From the IMG/VR virus record IMGVR_UViG_3300029922_000039: 64,000 bases of DNA. One strand, given 5' to 3'. The notes under the pieces were generated by a model that ran no database searches, was not told where the DNA came from, and was given only the letters and a program-made list of their open reading frames with translations. How positions within the stretch are numbered: position 1 is the first letter of the stretch; each line of letters opens with the position of its first letter. The translations under genes were made by a program, and so were the position numbers. This stretch comes from a virus. This document shows, one piece after another, positions 14,864-22,995 of this stretch.

Positions 14864-15415
14864 ATGAGAACTAGCAGTTTGAAGTGGTGGTGGTACGGGT
14901 TCCGGTCACAGTTCCGGTTTGAGAAGTCCGTCGATATCCCGCATCTGAAGGTGCGCTGTGCTTGCCCATGGGTGGTTGTATGCCTTTTCTGGTACTTCTG
15001 CCCGATGGACTTTAAGGCATGGCCGAACACGTATCAAACCGGCATAGATATCGCCTGGCACTGGCCATGGAAGAAGCATCTTCGCCATAAGACGTGGATG
15101 AAACACCACCCAATGCCGCCGGCCGTCTACTCTGCCATGGATCTCGTGTACCTCGGCCGGGCCACTCCCGGCATGGACCGCAACGACCAGAGGTTTGTGG
15201 GCCAGACGGTCAAGAATCTTGTTGCGCAGGGTCCGGCCTGTGGGCACACCTACTTCATCGCCTCCTGCCCCGGATGCGCGCGCAAGGCGCTCTACTTCGC
15301 CACGCACCAGACGCGAGAGATCAAGGCGCTTACTCAGCAGGTCAAGGAGTTGGGTGGAAAACCAGTCTCATTTGAGACTAAGAAACTGGAGGGCGGCAAT
15401 GCCAACACCAATTGA
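14864..15415 (+). CDS. hypothetical protein (Trp-rich N-terminus)
   Basis: 183-aa ORF with SD AGGAAGGGAAGC. The C-terminal half is the more convincing part. Confidence 0.4.
   Translation: MRTSSLKWWWYGFRSQFRFEKSVDIPHLKVRCACPWVVVCLFWYFCPMDFKAWPNTYQTGIDIAWHWPWKKHLRHKTWMKHHPMPPAVYSAMDLVYLGRATPGMDRNDQRFVGQTVKNLVAQGPACGHTYFIASCPGCARKALYFATHQTREIKALTQQVKELGGKPVSFETKKLEGGNANTN
15362..15380 (-). repeat. copy 5 of the hairpin motif, reverse orientation (CCAGTCTC ATTT GAGACTA on the plus strand)
   Basis: Inside the 14864-15415 ORF. Confidence 0.55.
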
Positions 15416-15644
15416 AACTGCGCTTGAATCAGTTGACTGGAAAGAACTTTCTCCCGACGAAATCAGCACACGCGAAGATGCGTACAAGGCCGGAGGGCTA
15501 CCCTACGCCACGCACGAGGGAACACTGAAGATTGGCGAGATTGAAATCGAGTGCGCCAGACTCAATACCGGGCAGACGGTCATAGTCGCCTTGGATCTGG
15601 AGAAGAGGCTCGGGAGTACTCTGAATGGCGGCCCCCATGACTAG
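15399..15644 (+). CDS. hypothetical protein
   Basis: ATG at 15399 preceded by GGAGGG. Confidence 0.5.
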   Translation: MPTPIETALESVDWKELSPDEISTREDAYKAGGLPYATHEGTLKIGEIEIECARLNTGQTVIVALDLEKRLGSTLNGGPHD

Positions 15645-15735
15645 CCTTTCATGGTCGGACTTGATCTGGCTGCCGATCCTGATCGGACTCGTGAGCCTCA
15701 CCCGCGTAACTTGGGATCTATGGAGGAAGAAGTGA
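15637..15735 (+). CDS. small membrane protein (32 aa)
   Basis: MTSLSWSDLIWLPILIGLVSL... Overlaps the previous stop. Below the track cut-off. Confidence 0.3.
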   Translation: MTSLSWSDLIWLPILIGLVSLTRVTWDLWRKK

Positions 15736-15908
15736 GGCGAGAACCTTTCAGGGAGAGGAACAAGGGGATCCGGTCCGAGGTCTTGGCGAACGCGGTTTCG
15801 GAATTAACCGAGCGCGTCACCGGCTGCCCGTGCCACGTGGAGTCGTGCTATAACGGCACTTGGTACGTCATGCGCGAGTATGCGCCCAACCAATTTGAGG
15901 AAGTGTAA
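15720..15908 (+). CDS. hypothetical protein
   Basis: In-frame ATG at 15720 (MEEEVRREPF...). Start uncertain. Confidence 0.4.
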   Translation: MEEEVRREPFRERNKGIRSEVLANAVSELTERVTGCPCHVESCYNGTWYVMREYAPNQFEEV

Positions 15909-15925
15909 AAGGGAGAGAGGAATCC

Positions 15926-16261
15926 ATGAAGTTAGCAGTCGCAGTTTTTGCACTGGCAATGGCCAGTATCGCAACGGGGCAGACGGTCAAGCCTGATATG
16001 CCGGCGCAATGGACACAACAAAGCGCGCTCTCTACAGCATCTGGACCACCGACTACTCCTACGGTGTGCAGTAAATATAAGCACAGGGAAGCCACAGCAG
16101 GGCACTGCGCCAACACTTGTGGCGTAGGAGAAACGGTCTGTACAGCCGAGTGTCTATACGTACCTGCATCGGATGCCGCCTGCGTTGACAACATCCACCT
16201 TCTCACAGAAGAGGAGTGGCAAAAGCTGTCCGAACGCATTATAGTGCTCGACCAGACATAG
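15926..16261 (+). CDS. secreted Cys-rich protein (signal peptide)
   Basis: MKLAVAVFALAMASIATGQ signal-like N-terminus. SD GGGAGAGAGGAA. Confidence 0.55.
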   Translation: MKLAVAVFALAMASIATGQTVKPDMPAQWTQQSALSTASGPPTTPTVCSKYKHREATAGHCANTCGVGETVCTAECLYVPASDAACVDNIHLLTEEEWQKLSERIIVLDQT

Positions 16262-16351
16262 CTGACATTATGGGGGTGACTCAGTGGCGCGTGTATGCCG
16301 TTCTAAGGAAAAACAAATTAGGTAGGTCAAGCACAGGAAGGCACACTAGGA

Positions 16352-16690
16352 TCAAACCACCAAATACGGAAGCTGAACCGTGTTTAGAGCTGCCTCGAAG
16401 GGGCTGATTGACCACGCCACATAGCCACATAGCTCACAACAAACGAGCGCCACTGACTCATTGGTAGTGTAGTCATACTCTCTCTGAATCAGCGGCGCAT
16501 TCAAGCTATGGCCGCACGGACTGCTCATAACGCCGCTGAGTTCGCTAAAAGGGTGTGTTGAGAAATAATCGACTCCTGTAGCCTGTTGCGGCTCGACAAT
16601 GCCTCCCGGAACAGCCTGAGTCCAGAACCCGCCGCGACCTCCCGGCGACGGGTAGAGCGTCCCAATGGACCATCGATTTGCCTGAGTCAT
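16352..16690 (-). CDS. hypothetical protein
   Basis: ATG at 16690 preceded by AGAGGGGTGA. Confidence 0.45.
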   Translation of the reverse strand: MTQANRWSIGTLYPSPGGRGGFWTQAVPGGIVEPQQATGVDYFSTHPFSELSGVMSSPCGHSLNAPLIQREYDYTTNESVALVCCELCGYVAWSISPFEAALNTVQLPYLVV

Positions 16691-16703
16691 CAATCACCCC
16701 TCT

Positions 16704-17147
16704 TTACGAGCAAGTGTAAGCCACCAAGGCTTCCGCGAGAGTCTTCTGGATATACATCTCCGCATCCTCCCCTGCGCTATCCGCCCAGGACAGTAACGGC
16801 AGGGCCGCTTCTTCGGGCACGGTCACGCGCACGGAGATATCCCCGTTGGGCAACTTCTTGAGCCCTTGGGGTCCCAGCTTGACGGCCGCCTGCACCTCGG
16901 CATCGGTGAACACCTTCGGCTTCTTGGCTTCATCGAGCGCGGCGGTGAGACGCAAGATCTCGGCATCGCGCGCGGCAATCGTCTCTACGCCGTCCTTGAT
17001 CTGGCCCAAGAGGCGGTCCACGTCCTGTTGGGTGGTTGAGATGAGTTCGCCTACGGTCATGCCGTAGACCGTCATTGCTTCGTCTCCGACGACTACCGGC
17101 TGCTCCGGCGCCGGACTGGTTTGCGCTTCGTTGCTGCTTTTCGCCAT
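16704..17147 (-). CDS. hypothetical protein
   Basis: 147-aa ORF with SD GAGGAAACC. Confidence 0.5.
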   Translation of the reverse strand: MAKSSNEAQTSPAPEQPVVVGDEAMTVYGMTVGELISTTQQDVDRLLGQIKDGVETIAARDAEILRLTAALDEAKKPKVFTDAEVQAAVKLGPQGLKKLPNGDISVRVTVPEEAALPLLSWADSAGEDAEMYIQKTLAEALVAYTCS

Positions 17148-17317
17148 GGTTTCCTCTTCTTGGACTTGCGTGCTGTGTTGAGCGCGGCGGCTACCGCCTG
17201 GCGCTGCGCGGTCTTCTTGCCGAACTTCCGCTTGGTCCTGGCGTACTGCGGACCTGTGTGCGCCTCGCGGATATTCGCGCTGATCGTTTCTCTGTCACTG
17301 CCCGGCTTCATTGGCAT
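17093..17317 (-). CDS. small very basic protein
   Basis: SD GGAGG. Lys/Arg-rich (…RTKRKFGKKTAQRQAVAAALNTARKSKKRK…). Confidence 0.5.
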   Translation of the reverse strand: MPMKPGSDRETISANIREAHTGPQYARTKRKFGKKTAQRQAVAAALNTARKSKKRKPWRKAATKRKPVRRRSSR

Positions 17318-17333
17318 TGTCGGCCTCCGGAGT

Positions 17334-17999
17334 CTACTTTGCCAGCATCCCTAACTGCCAGATTACCTGCCATCCTTGCTTTACTGTACCCCAGAAGGTG
17401 CGCTTCTTTGGGGTGTCGATGATCTGCTCGAAGTGATGCGTGACCTTGGCCGTGTCCGCGGTGACGCTGGCGGTGCTGGCCATCGACTTTTGGATATCTG
17501 CCAAGGTCAAACCGATCTGAGGGTTGCTGATTACAATGTCTGCATCCTTCGCCGTGGCCGTCAGTTGGCCCAGGAGAGGCTGGGCGGAGGCGATGGTTGA
17601 TTGGGCTGTACCGATGGCTTGCGTCGCGGCATTGGCCGTTCCCGTAGTCGCAGCAAGTACCCTATCCACGCCGTTGAGCGTTGTATCGCTATGACCTGCC
17701 AATCGAGAAATCTCTGCGTCAAGATTTCGAGCATATCCGTCATACTTTGCAAGTTGCTTGTCTTCATGGGCAATCACCATATCAGCATGAACGGTAGTGG
17801 ACTTGAGAGCGAGGAGCAACTTGTCTGTCTCGGCTATTGTCCCGTTCATGCCTGAGAACTGTCTCGTCGCATCCGAAACGCGATCCGCGGCCGCGATGAG
17901 GTGAGAGGCCATGCCAAAGCACCCCCAAACGCCAATCCCCACCGCCAAAGTGACGGTGAGGACTAGGACAAGTGTTGCGATCTGTATCGCGCGCGCCAT
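17334..17999 (-). CDS. membrane-anchored protein (N-terminal TM, Ala/Thr/Gln-rich helical body)
   Basis: IQIATLVLVLTVTLAVGIGVWGCFG TM segment. Confidence 0.5.
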   Translation of the reverse strand: MARAIQIATLVLVLTVTLAVGIGVWGCFGMASHLIAAADRVSDATRQFSGMNGTIAETDKLLLALKSTTVHADMVIAHEDKQLAKYDGYARNLDAEISRLAGHSDTTLNGVDRVLAATTGTANAATQAIGTAQSTIASAQPLLGQLTATAKDADIVISNPQIGLTLADIQKSMASTASVTADTAKVTHHFEQIIDTPKKRTFWGTVKQGWQVIWQLGMLAK

Positions 18000-18343
18000 C
18001 AGATCATCTTCGCAACGGCCTTGATCGAAGGATCGGCCGCAATAGCCTTGACGGTATTGATGACATTGATATCCAATCCGGCATCAGCCAGTTTGGCTTC
18101 GGCTGCCGCATCGCCAGCATGGAGAACGGCAATCAGTTCACCGATCAGTGCGTATCCTGCCTTCTCCACGGTTACGGCCAAGGGACCATAGACGGGGAGG
18201 GCGGCAGAAACGGTTTCCACTACTTCGGCGCTACCTTCTGCGGCGGTGGCGGAGGCTTCGATCTTCGGCGTGTCGGCGAGAATCCGCTGCACGGCTGTCG
18301 CGAAGAAGTGCCCAAGGGACTTGAATGGCTGAGTGAGGTTCAC
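17999..18343 (-). CDS. hypothetical protein
   Basis: GTG at 18343 preceded by GGAG. The upstream part of the track ORF looks non-coding. Confidence 0.45.
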   Translation of the reverse strand: MNLTQPFKSLGHFFATAVQRILADTPKIEASATAAEGSAEVVETVSAALPVYGPLAVTVEKAGYALIGELIAVLHAGDAAAEAKLADAGLDINVINTVKAIAADPSIKAVAKMI

Positions 18344-18353
18344 GGTTTGCTCC

Positions 18354-18629
18354 TTATTGCTGGTTGCTGGGTGAGTTGGTTCCGGGGGACGGACGATTGA
18401 GCATGCGGACTGCGACGATGCCTCCGACGATAGCGACTCCAATAAGCTTGTGGATGGCTGGGGCGCTGAAGTCGAGTTGCCCGTTGTTGTTGTAGGCTGC
18501 GACGACGGCATTACCGGCTGCGGCGATTGCCCCGCCTTCAAAAGCGACGAAGTAACGGTTGCTCCGAATAGAGAGCCAAAGGCCCTTGCAAATAGCGACG
18601 GCATCAGACAGATCCTCGTTCATAGTCAC
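18354..18629 (-). CDS. small membrane protein (holin-like topology)
   Basis: Hydrophobic segments AIAAAGNAVVAAY and LIGVAIVGGIVAV. ATG at 18623 is an alternative start. Confidence 0.45.
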   Translation of the reverse strand: MTMNEDLSDAVAICKGLWLSIRSNRYFVAFEGGAIAAAGNAVVAAYNNNGQLDFSAPAIHKLIGVAIVGGIVAVRMLNRPSPGTNSPSNQQ

Positions 18630-18645
18630 TCGCTTTCTTCTTCGT

Positions 18646-18776
18646 CTAGCAGTTTACCGGGCCACTCCCCGGAGGTGGATCTCCGGGCACCCACGGGCGC
18701 ATTTCTGGGGTGGGTTCTGGCGCGGGAAGTGGCGCTTCTGGTTCAGGAGATGGGATCAAAGGTGTTTCGTCTGCCA
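18646..18776 (-). CDS. small Pro-rich protein (43 aa)
   Basis: MADETPLIPSPEPEAPLPAPEPTPE... Starts 4 nt after the upstream stop. Confidence 0.3.
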
Positions 18777-18779
18777 TGT

Positions 18780-19196
18780 TCACTCCGATGCTTTCTGGTA
18801 TACCTGATGCTGCGATGATACTCCCGTTGTGGGTGATGCGATATAGGCAACTGGCAAGCCGAAATAATGGCGGATTGCAGGACCCCAGACCGCATTGATC
18901 CCGATCATGGCAACGATAAGCGAGGCGAGGGCAACAAGAGCCTTCCCTGTCCACTTAACTGTGTCGAGGATCAGGTCGAACTTCTGTAGAATCAGGGCAA
19001 CCAGGGTCACGAGCGAGGGATTATCGCCGTCTCCATCGATAAGGATTCTGTGGATCTTGTCCAATTTAGGGTCTGCCACTTCCACCCTCCAATCGGTCAA
19101 TGCCCTCACATCTGAAGTTACGGTCGCCATCCCCTTCTCTAGCTCCCTGATTCGCCCGTGTTCGTCGTGCTCTGGATCGCCTATTCTCGATGGCAT
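18780..19196 (-). CDS. membrane protein (C-terminal TM)
   Basis: SD AAGGGGA. GKALVALASLIVAMIGINAVWG segment. Confidence 0.5.
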   Translation of the reverse strand: MPSRIGDPEHDEHGRIRELEKGMATVTSDVRALTDWRVEVADPKLDKIHRILIDGDGDNPSLVTLVALILQKFDLILDTVKWTGKALVALASLIVAMIGINAVWGPAIRHYFGLPVAYIASPTTGVSSQHQVYQKASE

Positions 19197-19256
19197 CCGA
19201 ATCCCCTTAAAAGAAAATTACTACAAAACGTCAGGCACCGTAGCGGTTATCTAGCT

Positions 19257-21848
19257 TCAGTTCCAGATCGTATATCGATACACGCTCGTGTCGGAGGCAC
19301 CGCATTGTTCTTTGAAACTTGCACCGCTTGATGGTGTATTCATATATGGTTGCGCAGGTGTTCCTCCGCTTGTTTCCATTGTGACTAAAACATCTGATCC
19401 AGTGATAAAGTTAGTGTTTGAAATAAGAATATTTCCACCAGCAGTGCAGGTGAACGTTCCGCGACGGGCTGAGGACACTGTAGCTGTATTTCCGGATATA
19501 TTCCCAGAACCATCAATAACAGCAACAATTGTTCCAGCGCCATTTCCGAAATTAGTTCCTCCGGTTCCGCTACCATTATCGTTGTTGAGAAAAACAGATG
19601 ACGTTCCACCATAAGAATTAAGAATCAGATTATTTCCGGCTGATGATCTTATAGTCGGTCCAAATTGAGATCCGGAGGCATAATTCCCAGAGTATATATT
19701 CAACGATGATCCAGTGCCGATAGTAACATGACCGGAAGTTACTGAATTAAGATTTGTCACATTTCCTAATCCGTCAATAAACGCCGCATTGACACCTCCA
19801 GCTACTCCCCAAAATGCTTTATTAGATGTAGAACCGGAACTGCTATAAGTGAATCCTAGTGCTGTCGAATTATAAGGCGCTGAATTTACACCGATAGATT
19901 CATAGTTTTGATACCCACCACCATTCAGATTGGGCATATAAATGCTTTTTACTGGATTCGAATTACTAAATGCCTCATTGAATGTTTCGGTACAAGAATC
20001 TAATCCATTTGAAGTCTTTGTACATTGTTCAAATGGTCCTTCGCTAAAATAAGTCTGTGTATTGCCAACTATAGAACCAGAAAAATCATTTTTGTAAACA
20101 GTTGTGTCATTCCATGCGTTTGAAAGCGTTGTACCGTTCGCAAAAACTAATCTAACAGAAGAAGGTAATGCGAACCCTGAGCCTGACTCAGAAAATTGTA
20201 TTCCATATTGCGAACCATAAGAATATACTGTCCCAGAGAAAAAATCATTTTGTCCGTTATAAACATAGATATTAGGATAAGAAGAACTAGGCGAAATAGA
20301 CTGAATACCTTGATATATATTTTGTAAATTAAATGGGATAGACGGATTAGTACTATTATTTACATCACATATAGCAGAACTACCCGCCGAACCAAATTGC
20401 ACCGAGTCGAAAATATTAGTTGTAGCTAATTGACTTCCACTCAAACCGTGCACATAGAGACTACATTTAGTGCTGGTCGCACCAGCACCGAGAGAACCTG
20501 TTACAGAGATATCGCCGCCTGTCATCCTAACAGAACCGCAACCCGCTAATTCTATTCCCGAGTAGCCATTGGCTTCAAATTGCGAACCACCTTGAATCCA
20601 TATATCGCCGCTACCAGAACATAGATATCCTTGCTTAGAGTTACCAGCTACAAGAACATTTTCTAAATACAAATTATTGACGCCAGTGCTAATAATTCCT
20701 GCGTCCGTTCCATTCCATATGCCTATACTCGTTAGCCTTTGGTTACCTCCCCCAGAAATAGAAACAACAGGATTTGCTCCACTCATGCCGTTATTTGTAT
20801 GGCAAAGTCCCCAACCAACACCGCATGTATTTCCATCGATATCTATCCAAGCAATTACTACACCGCTCCCAACCGTTATAAGCGGCGTATTTATTGCAGC
20901 ATTATTTGCAGCCTCTATACTTACAGGATTATGACCGTAACTAGGCGACATTCCTATAACTGTATCGCCTCCAGTTAAAATAATACCTTTTAAGACAGTG
21001 TATATTCCTGACTGAATAAACTGAATTGATTGTCCTAATCCTGATGTAGTTAGAACGGTAGTTCCAGTTTGACTGAAACCATTAGAACCGTCCACCGTGC
21101 AAGTTCCTGTTGTGTTCGAAAGTAAACAAGCTTGCAATTTTGAAACCCAATCGTTTCCCGCATACTCTCCTGAATAGTGGATACCATTTGTCGTGGGAGC
21201 CACGACGGTGCCTGAGAAAGTAGCACTCGTGCCGTTGAGGGGGCCTGCGAGTGTGCCACCCGCCAACGGCAAGTACGGCCCTCCGGCTGCTGGCGGCAAT
21301 GTCCACGCTGCGCCGTTGCATGTGTAAATCTCGCCTGTCACTTTGTTGACGTAAATCTGTCCTGCGTTGTTCGCATTGCAGGTTAAGCCTGTAGGCGCAC
21401 CTGTTCCCGATATGCTTCCAGAACCCGTGGATGCTGTCCATCCATATGAGTATGTGATTGTTCCGTTGATGGCGACTTGGACTATGTATGCTCCCGTCGC
21501 GACGTAGACCGTGGCGTTCCCGTAACTGTTTGTCGCGTAGGGCTGCGATAGTGGTACAGTAAGCCCAGGATCGGCGTAGATGGTCGCCTGCGGATAGCAG
21601 GGGATGCCGCTGGCAGTGTACGGGCAGACCGTGAGGCGCGCGTTGGCCGCTGGAGTTCCGCTGGTCGTCACCCACTGGCCGCTGATGGCCGCGCCGACTT
21701 GCGCGAAGGCGCTACTCGCCGAAGCTAGGATCAGGATCGAAGCCGCGAGGAATATCCGGTTGAAAATGCCGAGACCCTTTGTCCTGGTTGCACCGAGGGT
21801 GGCATATTGAGTTGATTGGCTGTCCGTTCTCGTCGATAACGCGATCAT
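19257..21848 (-). CDS. tail-fibre / tailspike-like beta-helix protein with a signal-peptide-like N-terminus
   Basis: ATG at 21848 preceded by GGGAGAAGAG. YLPLAGGTLAGPLNG fibre motif. Repetitive G/S/N/T-rich beta-helix-like body. Confidence 0.6.
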   Translation of the reverse strand: MIALSTRTDSQSTQYATLGATRTKGLGIFNRIFLAASILILASASSAFAQVGAAISGQWVTTSGTPAANARLTVCPYTASGIPCYPQATIYADPGLTVPLSQPYATNSYGNATVYVATGAYIVQVAINGTITYSYGWTASTGSGSISGTGAPTGLTCNANNAGQIYVNKVTGEIYTCNGAAWTLPPAAGGPYLPLAGGTLAGPLNGTSATFSGTVVAPTTNGIHYSGEYAGNDWVSKLQACLLSNTTGTCTVDGSNGFSQTGTTVLTTSGLGQSIQFIQSGIYTVLKGIILTGGDTVIGMSPSYGHNPVSIEAANNAAINTPLITVGSGVVIAWIDIDGNTCGVGWGLCHTNNGMSGANPVVSISGGGNQRLTSIGIWNGTDAGIISTGVNNLYLENVLVAGNSKQGYLCSGSGDIWIQGGSQFEANGYSGIELAGCGSVRMTGGDISVTGSLGAGATSTKCSLYVHGLSGSQLATTNIFDSVQFGSAGSSAICDVNNSTNPSIPFNLQNIYQGIQSISPSSSYPNIYVYNGQNDFFSGTVYSYGSQYGIQFSESGSGFALPSSVRLVFANGTTLSNAWNDTTVYKNDFSGSIVGNTQTYFSEGPFEQCTKTSNGLDSCTETFNEAFSNSNPVKSIYMPNLNGGGYQNYESIGVNSAPYNSTALGFTYSSSGSTSNKAFWGVAGGVNAAFIDGLGNVTNLNSVTSGHVTIGTGSSLNIYSGNYASGSQFGPTIRSSAGNNLILNSYGGTSSVFLNNDNGSGTGGTNFGNGAGTIVAVIDGSGNISGNTATVSSARRGTFTCTAGGNILISNTNFITGSDVLVTMETSGGTPAQPYMNTPSSGASFKEQCGASDTSVYRYTIWN

Positions 21849-22080
21849 CTCTTCTCCCTGAAGTCCGACCTTGAGCGTGCTCAAAGGTGCATTCACTAAG
21901 CGATACTGGTTTTCCGCAGAGGCTACAAAAACCTGACTGACGTTGCCACATGAGCATTTTCCGCTGCTTATAAGCGGCTCGCCCTGCGTCGTTGTTGAGG
22001 CAGATTTCACGCCCCCCTACCTTCTTTACCGCGGTCGGGTTTCGATCGGGCGGCTTGAACCGCTTTCTCACGAGCCTCAC
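21712..22080 (-). CDS. HNH endonuclease
   Basis: CSLCGKPV...FEHAQGRTSGRRDD...CHPRCNQDKGS HNH motifs. GTG at 22080 preceded by GGAGG; TTG at 22104 is an alternative. Confidence 0.7.
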   Translation of the reverse strand: MRLVRKRFKPPDRNPTAVKKVGGREICLNNDAGRAAYKQRKMLMWQRQSGFCSLCGKPVSLSECTFEHAQGRTSGRRDDRVIDENGQPINSICHPRCNQDKGSRHFQPDIPRGFDPDPSFGE

Positions 22081-22816
22081 TGAGTGCCTCCATCGCCAGT
22101 TCAATCCAGTACATCTCGTCCGGTGCCGATATCTTTTTGGACGACAACCCGACGTAGGCCCCCTTGATCAGTTTGAGCGCCTTGTCTACCGATGCCAGTA
22201 GGTTCGTCCGGTCGTGCAGGTCGGCCACCATAAACTCGATAGCCTGCCCCCGGCTGGACAGCATGTTCTTGTCTTTAAATACGTCCAGCATCTCGTCGAT
22301 GGATTGCTTGGCCAGTACCGGGACCTTGAAATGCAGGATCGTAAGAGGCTCGCGGTCGTCGCCGGCCACCTTGTTGCGTTCCGCCACGAGTGCGGCCAGC
22401 TTGGTAGAGGGAAGGGTCTTGGCCTCGAATACCCAGTTGTGGTCGTAGAGGATGGTCGGGCTTACCGACAGCAGGATCTCGGCGTTCGTGACGCTGATCT
22501 TTTCGAGCTCCGCCAAAGGGAGTTGGTGCATAGCCTGGCCGACGCGCACCAGCCGGAACCAGGTCGAGCGCGGGATGCCCACGGACTCGATGTACGCCTC
22601 TTCGCCTCGGGGGCCTGACTCGAACCCCCAAGCTGTCCATCCATCCGCCATCTTCATCCTGAAGCCGTAAAAGGCTATCCGCATGGAACTGACGCGCAGC
22701 GACTTGGCGGCTGCGTGGATCTCGCAGTTGTACTCCTCAACGTCAATTTCTTGGGGCGCAAGGTACTCGGGCTGCGGGATATGCGACGGATTTGCGACAA
22801 CAATTTGGGTGCCCAT
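22007..22816 (-). CDS. HTH-containing protein of unknown role
   Basis: 269-aa ORF. AYIESVGIPRSTWFRLVRVGQAM is HTH-like. The ATG lies 7 nt downstream of TACAAT. Confidence 0.55.
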   Translation of the reverse strand: MGTQIVVANPSHIPQPEYLAPQEIDVEEYNCEIHAAAKSLRVSSMRIAFYGFRMKMADGWTAWGFESGPRGEEAYIESVGIPRSTWFRLVRVGQAMHQLPLAELEKISVTNAEILLSVSPTILYDHNWVFEAKTLPSTKLAALVAERNKVAGDDREPLTILHFKVPVLAKQSIDEMLDVFKDKNMLSSRGQAIEFMVADLHDRTNLLASVDKALKLIKGAYVGLSSKKISAPDEMYWIELAMEALSEAREKAVQAARSKPDRGKEGRGA

Positions 22817-22995
22817 CGCGGGTATTGTAGCGCCAGAAGTTGATGAACGGTTGCATTTGGGAGGTTGATTTTAGGGAAAAGTTGATATAATGGAAGGGTG
22901 TCGGGGCTGGAACCCCGGCGCAAACCCTAATCGGAGGAAAGTCCGACCATGACACCCCAATCCAAGTTTACCGTACTCGCACAGGCGGTGGAGTA

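Noticed and set aside
16318-16327. TTAGGTAGGT, identical to the last codons and stop context of both ASCH genes.
   Set aside because: Here it lies in a weak 63-aa ORF at a convergent junction, without the following hairpin. A 10-nt match alone is not enough to call a cassette remnant.
16216-16407. A 63-aa plus ORF with an excisionase-like fragment (IMGVTQWRVYAVLRKNKLG).
   Set aside because: The HTH-like stretch is too short. The ORF overlaps both neighbouring genes and has no SD. It may be a remnant.
22933-22945. GGAGGAAAGTCCG, a 13-nt match to the conserved P4 core of bacterial RNase P RNA.
   Set aside because: No other RNase P helices flank it, and the sequence runs straight into a protein-coding ORF. 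It is better explained as a strong SD (GGAGGAAA) for the 15-codon uORF at 22949.
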